From an uncultured Candidatus Binatia bacterium (lineage in GTDB: Bacteria > Desulfobacterota > Binatia > Bin18), in assembly GCA_965214605.1 (NCBI GenBank), contig OZ243961.1, forward strand, positions 448,001 to 512,000: DNA of 64,000 bases, given 5' to 3'. Of this stretch, positions 59,066-64,000 are shown one piece after another (position 1 is the first letter of the stretch; every line of letters starts with the position of its first letter). The position numbers were made by a program, and so were the translations under genes. The notes under the pieces were generated by a model that made no database searches, was not told the origin of the DNA, and saw only the letters and a list, made by a program, of their open reading frames with translations.

Positions 59066-60046
59066 ATGCAGTGTGGTCTTTTTTATCAGCTTCCGTGCGC
59101 ACCCGAGCAAGCGATACAGACCCGGTATCGACAAACCCTTGAGCAGATTGTGTATGCCGACGAACTCGGTTTTGACTCGGTCTGGCTAGCCGAAGCACAC
59201 TTTAACCCAAGCTTCTCGGTCATGCCCAGACCGCTGACCGTGGCCGCCGCCTTGGCGGGCCGGACCAAACGTATTCGACTCGGTATTGGCGTCAGCCAAC
59301 TGCCGCTCCATCATCCCTTACATGTTGCCGAAGAAGCTGCCACCGTTGATATGCTGAGCGACGGCCGCCTGGAGTTTGGGGCCGGCCGTGGAACCTGGAA
59401 TCAGAATTTTGAAACGTTCGGTATTCCCTGGGAGGAACGCAGCCAACGCCTTGAAGAAGCGCTGGATATTATCGAACAGGCCTGGACCAAGCCGCGTTTC
59501 TCTTATCACGGCCACTATTACGACTTTGACGCGGTCGAGGTTGTGCCCAAACCCCTCCAGCACCCTTGTCCGCCAATTCATATTGCCGCCAACAGCCCCA
59601 GCACGGCTATCTTCACCGCACGTCGTGGCTATCGGATGCTCATGGCCGCCCCTATTCATCCCTGGCCACACGAGTTTCTGACTCAGCTGAACCTCTACCG
59701 CGACACCTGCCAAGAAGTCCACGGTTCTCGGACTGCGGGTGGTGTATCGGCCCTGTTCTTCGTCTATCCAGGCGAGGATAAAACCGACGTACGTACTCAG
59801 GTGGCTGAAAGCCTCGCCCATCATCCGATCGGAGCCGGCCTCGACTACGCGGTGGCTGAAGAACGGATGGCGATCTACGGCCACCCGCGAGAGTGTATTG
59901 CCAAGATTCAGAGCATTCAGGCAAAAATTCAGTGTGACCAGCTCCTGTGCGCCCTCAATCCGGGCGGTCTGATTCCGCACGATAGGATGCTGACTGCCCT
60001 GCAGCGCTTCGCCAAAGAAGTCATGCCAGCCATACGAGACCTGTAG
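59066..60046 (+). CDS. LLM class flavin-dependent oxidoreductase
   Basis: GFDSVWLAEAHF, HPLHVAEE, GRLEFGAGRG. Confidence 0.9.
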   Translation: MQCGLFYQLPCAPEQAIQTRYRQTLEQIVYADELGFDSVWLAEAHFNPSFSVMPRPLTVAAALAGRTKRIRLGIGVSQLPLHHPLHVAEEAATVDMLSDGRLEFGAGRGTWNQNFETFGIPWEERSQRLEEALDIIEQAWTKPRFSYHGHYYDFDAVEVVPKPLQHPCPPIHIAANSPSTAIFTARRGYRMLMAAPIHPWPHEFLTQLNLYRDTCQEVHGSRTAGGVSALFFVYPGEDKTDVRTQVAESLAHHPIGAGLDYAVAEERMAIYGHPRECIAKIQSIQAKIQCDQLLCALNPGGLIPHDRMLTALQRFAKEVMPAIRDL

Positions 60047-60057
60047 CGGTTCAGACC

Positions 60058-61290
60058 TTAAGGACGGGATGGAATTTCCAGAGAAGCAACCTGTCTTAGC
60101 TGGGGAAATATTTTTGCCCACAGGGTCACAATGCCAAGCGTGCCCAGGCCACCGAGCACGACCGCCGGCACCACCCCAAACCAGGCGGCCGTTACCCCGG
60201 ACTCAAACTCTCCCAGCTCATTTGAGGCACCAATAAAGACCGCCTCAACCGCACTAACCCGGCCTCGCATATCGTCGGGAGTGGCGACTAAAACTAGGAC
60301 GCGCCGAATCACCACACTAACCATATCCGCCGCACCCATCAGCACCAGCATCAGGAGCGACAGCCACAAGGTTTCAGACACGCCGAACACGACTGTGGCC
60401 GCTCCAAATATCCCCACCGTGCTAAGCAAAATGCGTCCCGCGTGCTGCCGAATGGGGCGACGGGCGACAATTATTGCGGTGAGCAGCGCCCCGACCGCAG
60501 GCGCGCTACGCAAGACCCCTAGGCCGGTCGGCCCAACAAACAGAATATCTCGGGCGTACACCGGCAAAAGCGCGGTGGCTCCGCCCAACAGCACGGCAAA
60601 TAGATCAAGCGAAATCGCGCCGAGCACGACCTGCTGCTTGCGAATAAAGTGGATACCAGCCATAATGGTCGCCCAATCGGCGGCTTTTTTCTGGCTCACC
60701 GCCCGCTGAATTCGAATCGACACCACCAGCACTGAGGAGCCGAGCAGCAGCAAGCCAGCTACCCCGTACACCACCGCCGGTCCCAAGGTGTACAGGAGGC
60801 CCCCTGCTGCAGGGCCAGCAATAGTTGCCGTCTGCCAGGCCGAAGAACTCCAGGCTGCGGCACTCACGTAGTGGTGCTGGGGCACGAGGTTTGGCATCAG
60901 CGCGATACCGGCTGGAAACACAAACGTCCGGGCAATCCCAAACAACAACAGCACGCCGAAAATCGGCAGGATATTGGTATTACCACTCAGGATAAGCGCC
61001 ACCAGCAACACTGAGCAGACAGCCTCCAACCCGGTGCACAAGCCCAGGATCAAGCGGCGGTCGTAGCGGTCAACCACATAGCCGGCAATCAGGGCGAGAC
61101 CTAGGCCGGGCAAAAACTGGGCCAGGCCGACAAAGCCGAGATCTAGGGGCCTATGGGTCAGATCATACACCTGCCAACCGATCGCGACCGACTGCATCTG
61201 GGTAGCCAGGGTAGAAAACAGCCGAGAGGCCCAGTAACGCCGGAAGGCGGGAAAAGAAAACGCGGATGCAGCGGAACCGGAACGTGCCAT
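60058..61290 (-). CDS. MFS transporter (DHA3/EntS-like)
   Basis: ~12 TM helices, DRYDRR, SLDLFAVLLGGA, MRGRV, GASNELGEFESG. Confidence 0.92.
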   Translation of the reverse strand: MARSGSAASAFSFPAFRRYWASRLFSTLATQMQSVAIGWQVYDLTHRPLDLGFVGLAQFLPGLGLALIAGYVVDRYDRRLILGLCTGLEAVCSVLLVALILSGNTNILPIFGVLLLFGIARTFVFPAGIALMPNLVPQHHYVSAAAWSSSAWQTATIAGPAAGGLLYTLGPAVVYGVAGLLLLGSSVLVVSIRIQRAVSQKKAADWATIMAGIHFIRKQQVVLGAISLDLFAVLLGGATALLPVYARDILFVGPTGLGVLRSAPAVGALLTAIIVARRPIRQHAGRILLSTVGIFGAATVVFGVSETLWLSLLMLVLMGAADMVSVVIRRVLVLVATPDDMRGRVSAVEAVFIGASNELGEFESGVTAAWFGVVPAVVLGGLGTLGIVTLWAKIFPQLRQVASLEIPSRP

Positions 61291-61762
61291 GTGTTTGATA
61301 CCGGGAGGCGTCTGCGTCAGCAACCCTATCAGAGAACCGGAGAGGCGTCATGTCTCGAGTCACAGCGGTTCTCCACGCCCAATAGCCGCGTCTCTTGAGA
61401 AAAAAGGCAGCAACCATTTAGGGTTCGGGAGAAAAGGGGCAAAATATGCTCTACCGGCTCGTCCCGTATGAGATCGCAGAGTCATGAAGCGAACCACCCA
61501 AGGAGTTGCGGGCCATGATGGTTCACCGTGCTCAACAACCCACCGCCCGACCCGCTTGCCGTCACAATCTCCCTGAAGCCGCTCCTCGTCCCATCTGAAG
61601 CGTCTCATTGCCTACGGCTGACTGTAGAGTGCGCACCCTCAGGTGTGACTAGCAGATTAGACGCAGCCCTCTCTTCTTTGACAAGGGTGTTGGCCGAGGG
61701 CTCTCATCGCCTGCCCACCTTTCTGCTAGGGTTGAGCCAAGTCTCTGGAAAGGAGGACATCT

Positions 61763-62596
61763 ATGTCTCAGTCAGCCGACAATGCGCGTCCCATCGACAC
61801 CGGAACCGAACAACTCTTGTGCCGTATCGAAGACGGCATTGGCGTTGTCACCCTTAACCGCCCGGAAGCCCGTAACGCCCTGTCCGATATCCTCACTCCG
61901 GCCCTGCGACGTATGATTCCTGAGCTGGCCGCCATGAGCGAGGTCGGCTGTATTCTGCTGACCGGCGCCGGCCGGGCCTTTTGCGCCGGTGGCGATGTCA
62001 AGAGCATGAACGCCGGGCCACAGATCGAACAGACCACCGAACAGAAGATCGCCACCCTACGCCACGGACAAGCCACCCTGACGGCTATGATCTACGAGTT
62101 GGAAAAACCCGTCATCGCCGCTCTGCCAGGCCCGGCCGCCGGAGCCGGCCTGTCGATTGCCCTGGCGTGTGATATCCGCATTGCTGCCGAGCGGGCATTT
62201 ATCACAACCGCCTTTCGGAATATCGGCCTGTCGGGCGACTACGGTGGCAGCTGGTTTCTGACCCGCCTCGTAGGCACTGCCAAGGCCCGAGAGCTGTACT
62301 ACACCGCCGAGCGGGTCGGCGCGCGCGAGTGCGAGCGGCTCGGTATCGTCAATCGGGTCGTGGCCGACGACGAACTGCAGGCTGAAGCTCTAGCCTTGGC
62401 CAAGCGCATTGCCAGCGGACCGCCGATCGCCATACGCTACATGAAAGAAAATCTCAACCGGGCGGTGACGCAGGATCTACGCAGCTGTCTCGATATGGAA
62501 GCCGACCGCCTCATCCGAGTCCAACAGACCGAAGACTTTCGGGAGGCGGTCAGAGCTTTTGTTGACAAACGGCCACCAACGTTTCGGGGACGCTAA
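61763..62596 (+). CDS. Enoyl-CoA hydratase/isomerase family protein
   Basis: TLNRPEARNAL, AFCAGGDV, GAGLSIALACD, AFVDKR. Confidence 0.93.
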   Translation: MSQSADNARPIDTGTEQLLCRIEDGIGVVTLNRPEARNALSDILTPALRRMIPELAAMSEVGCILLTGAGRAFCAGGDVKSMNAGPQIEQTTEQKIATLRHGQATLTAMIYELEKPVIAALPGPAAGAGLSIALACDIRIAAERAFITTAFRNIGLSGDYGGSWFLTRLVGTAKARELYYTAERVGARECERLGIVNRVVADDELQAEALALAKRIASGPPIAIRYMKENLNRAVTQDLRSCLDMEADRLIRVQQTEDFREAVRAFVDKRPPTFRGR

Positions 62597-62618
62597 GCCG
62601 CTGTCGGAACCACACCGC

Positions 62619-63464
62619 TTACGAAAACTTGTCCACAAACTGGGCATAGCGATCGAGCTGTGGCAGGACCTTGTCGGCGGTTTGTGGACGTGCGCCAAAC
62701 ACGACCCGGTCCACGCCCAGGTCTTCATACCGGCGCAACAGATCCTCTTTACCCGGCGCACTGAAGATGGCCACCGACAGCTCTTGGGGATCGCGGCCAG
62801 CCTGCTGGGCTCGGCCGCGCAGGTCGGCAAGGCTGGCGGCCAGATCTTTCATCACCAGACCGATCGGAATCCAGCCGTCGCAGTAGCGCACGACCCGGTT
62901 CATACCGCTTGAGGTATGCGTGCCTAACAGAATCGGTGGGTACGGCTTTTGGAGCGGCTTGGGATGGCACCAAATGGGATCGAAGTTCACAAACTCCCCG
63001 TGGTATTCGGCCTCTTCTTCGGTCCAGATGACCTTCATCGCCTCGATCTTTTCGCGCAGCACTTTCCAGCGCCGGTCGAACGGCGTGCCGTGGTTTGCCA
63101 TCTCTTCGGCATTCCACCCACCCCCGATACCGACAATCAGTCGCCCCTTAGACAGCCAGTCAACCGAGGCGACCTGTTTGGCCAGCTTGATCGGGTCGTG
63201 TTCGATAACCAGACAAATACCACTCCCGACCTTAATGCGGGTTGTGGCCGCAGCGGCGGCCATCAGGGCCACAAACAGGTCGTGGGCATGCCAGTATTCT
63301 TTGGGCAGCTCACCGCCGATCGGCCACGGACTTTTGCGGCTGGCCGGGATGTGGGTGTGTTCGGGGAACCAGACAGACTCAAAGCCGCGCTCTTCAACGG
63401 CATGGGCAAAATCGTCGGGTCGCATCGAGTAGTCGGTGGAAAACATCATCATGCCGAGTTTCAT
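62619..63464 (-). CDS. LLM class F420-dependent oxidoreductase
   Basis: GFESVWFPEHTHIP, GIGGGWNAEEMANHG. Confidence 0.92.
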   Translation of the reverse strand: MKLGMMMFSTDYSMRPDDFAHAVEERGFESVWFPEHTHIPASRKSPWPIGGELPKEYWHAHDLFVALMAAAAATTRIKVGSGICLVIEHDPIKLAKQVASVDWLSKGRLIVGIGGGWNAEEMANHGTPFDRRWKVLREKIEAMKVIWTEEEAEYHGEFVNFDPIWCHPKPLQKPYPPILLGTHTSSGMNRVVRYCDGWIPIGLVMKDLAASLADLRGRAQQAGRDPQELSVAIFSAPGKEDLLRRYEDLGVDRVVFGARPQTADKVLPQLDRYAQFVDKFS

Positions 63465-63494
63465 ACGACACTCCAGAGCGGGGGGGCCTAGCGA

Positions 63495-64000
63495 CTAGGC
63501 AAATTGGGGAACCAAGGCGGCATACCGGTCGAGTAGCGGAAGGACTTTGTCGGCGCCCTCAGACGGCGCGCCAAAGATAGCCCGCTCAACCCCAAGGTCC
63601 TGATACTGGCCGAGCTGTGCCTCGTCATCGCTAGCCATGAACATGGTGATCGACACTTCATCCGGCGAGCGACCAGCCTTTTCCGCCCGTCCACGCAGAT
63701 CGGCCGTCATCTCCTTGACGTCTTTGAGACCTCCACCAACCGGGATCCAGCCGTCACAGTAATTGACCACCCGGTTGAGGCCGCTTGAGGTATGCGTGCC
63801 CAGCAGAATTGGCGGATAGGGTTTTTGGACCGGCTTGGGATGACACCAGATCGGGTCGAAGTCCACAAACTCGCCATGATACTCGGCCGCTTCTTCGGTC
63901 CAGATGACCTTCATCGCCTCAATCTTCTCGCGCAGCACTTTCCAGCGTCGGTCGAACGGCGTGCCGTGGTTTTCCATCTCTTCGGCGTTCCAGCCACCGC
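63495..64000 (-). CDS. LLM class F420-dependent oxidoreductase (5' end beyond the window), paralog of the adjacent gene
   Basis: GGWNAEEMENHGTPFDRRWKVLREKIEAMK, nearly identical to the neighbour. Confidence 0.9.
   Translation of the reverse strand, partial: GGWNAEEMENHGTPFDRRWKVLREKIEAMKVIWTEEAAEYHGEFVDFDPIWCHPKPVQKPYPPILLGTHTSSGLNRVVNYCDGWIPVGGGLKDVKEMTADLRGRAEKAGRSPDEVSITMFMASDDEAQLGQYQDLGVERAIFGAPSEGADKVLPLLDRYAALVPQFA

Noticed and set aside
61330-61640. Possible structured RNA (GAACCA/TGGTTC stem) or 82-aa ORF 61360..61608
   Set aside because: No match I can recognise to 6S, SRP, tmRNA or RNase P, and only a weak RBS for the ORF
1-64000. tRNA or rRNA genes, integrase, att sites at the island borders
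   Set aside because: None recognisable by eye; tRNAscan-SE or barrnap would be needed to exclude them

Overview
A gene-dense, GC-rich bacterial window of about 50 genes. The repertoire (F420-type LLM oxidoreductases, amidohydrolases, SDRs, crotonases, DUF1302/DUF1329) resembles Binatia/Deltaproteobacteria-like heterotrophs; that taxonomy is inference only. Main blocks: (1) MAPEG, ADH and der. (2) A 13-kb lipid head-group/export locus with two NTP transferases, a CDP-alcohol phosphotransferase, an ABC flippase, a GT8-ELM1 fusion, gpmA and a fused LptF-LptG, resembling the Caulobacter ceramide-phosphoglycerate locus. (3) adk, rpoH-like sigma factor, CusF-SCO and DUF1302. (4) An aromatic-catabolic block: hydroquinone 1,2-dioxygenase and a toluene-type diiron monooxygenase in the order A-B-E-C-D with no reductase. 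Inside it is a hidden 385-aa GrdB/PrdB-like selenoprotein (in-frame UGA in a UxxC motif plus a SECIS-like hairpin) that the ORF track splits in two. (5) A sigma-54-driven USP/CBS/ferritin/Pfk stress module containing an unannotated YbaK pseudogene. (6) A probable foreign defence-like island (about 51.2-59.0 kb): an HNH pseudogene, a ~280-nt hairpin-rich non-coding segment with two identical 28-bp repeats at a 61-bp period, a 1936-aa STAND-like NTPase, and a partner gene cut off at an IS5 remnant. All calls come from motif recognition by eye; no searches or folding computations were run.
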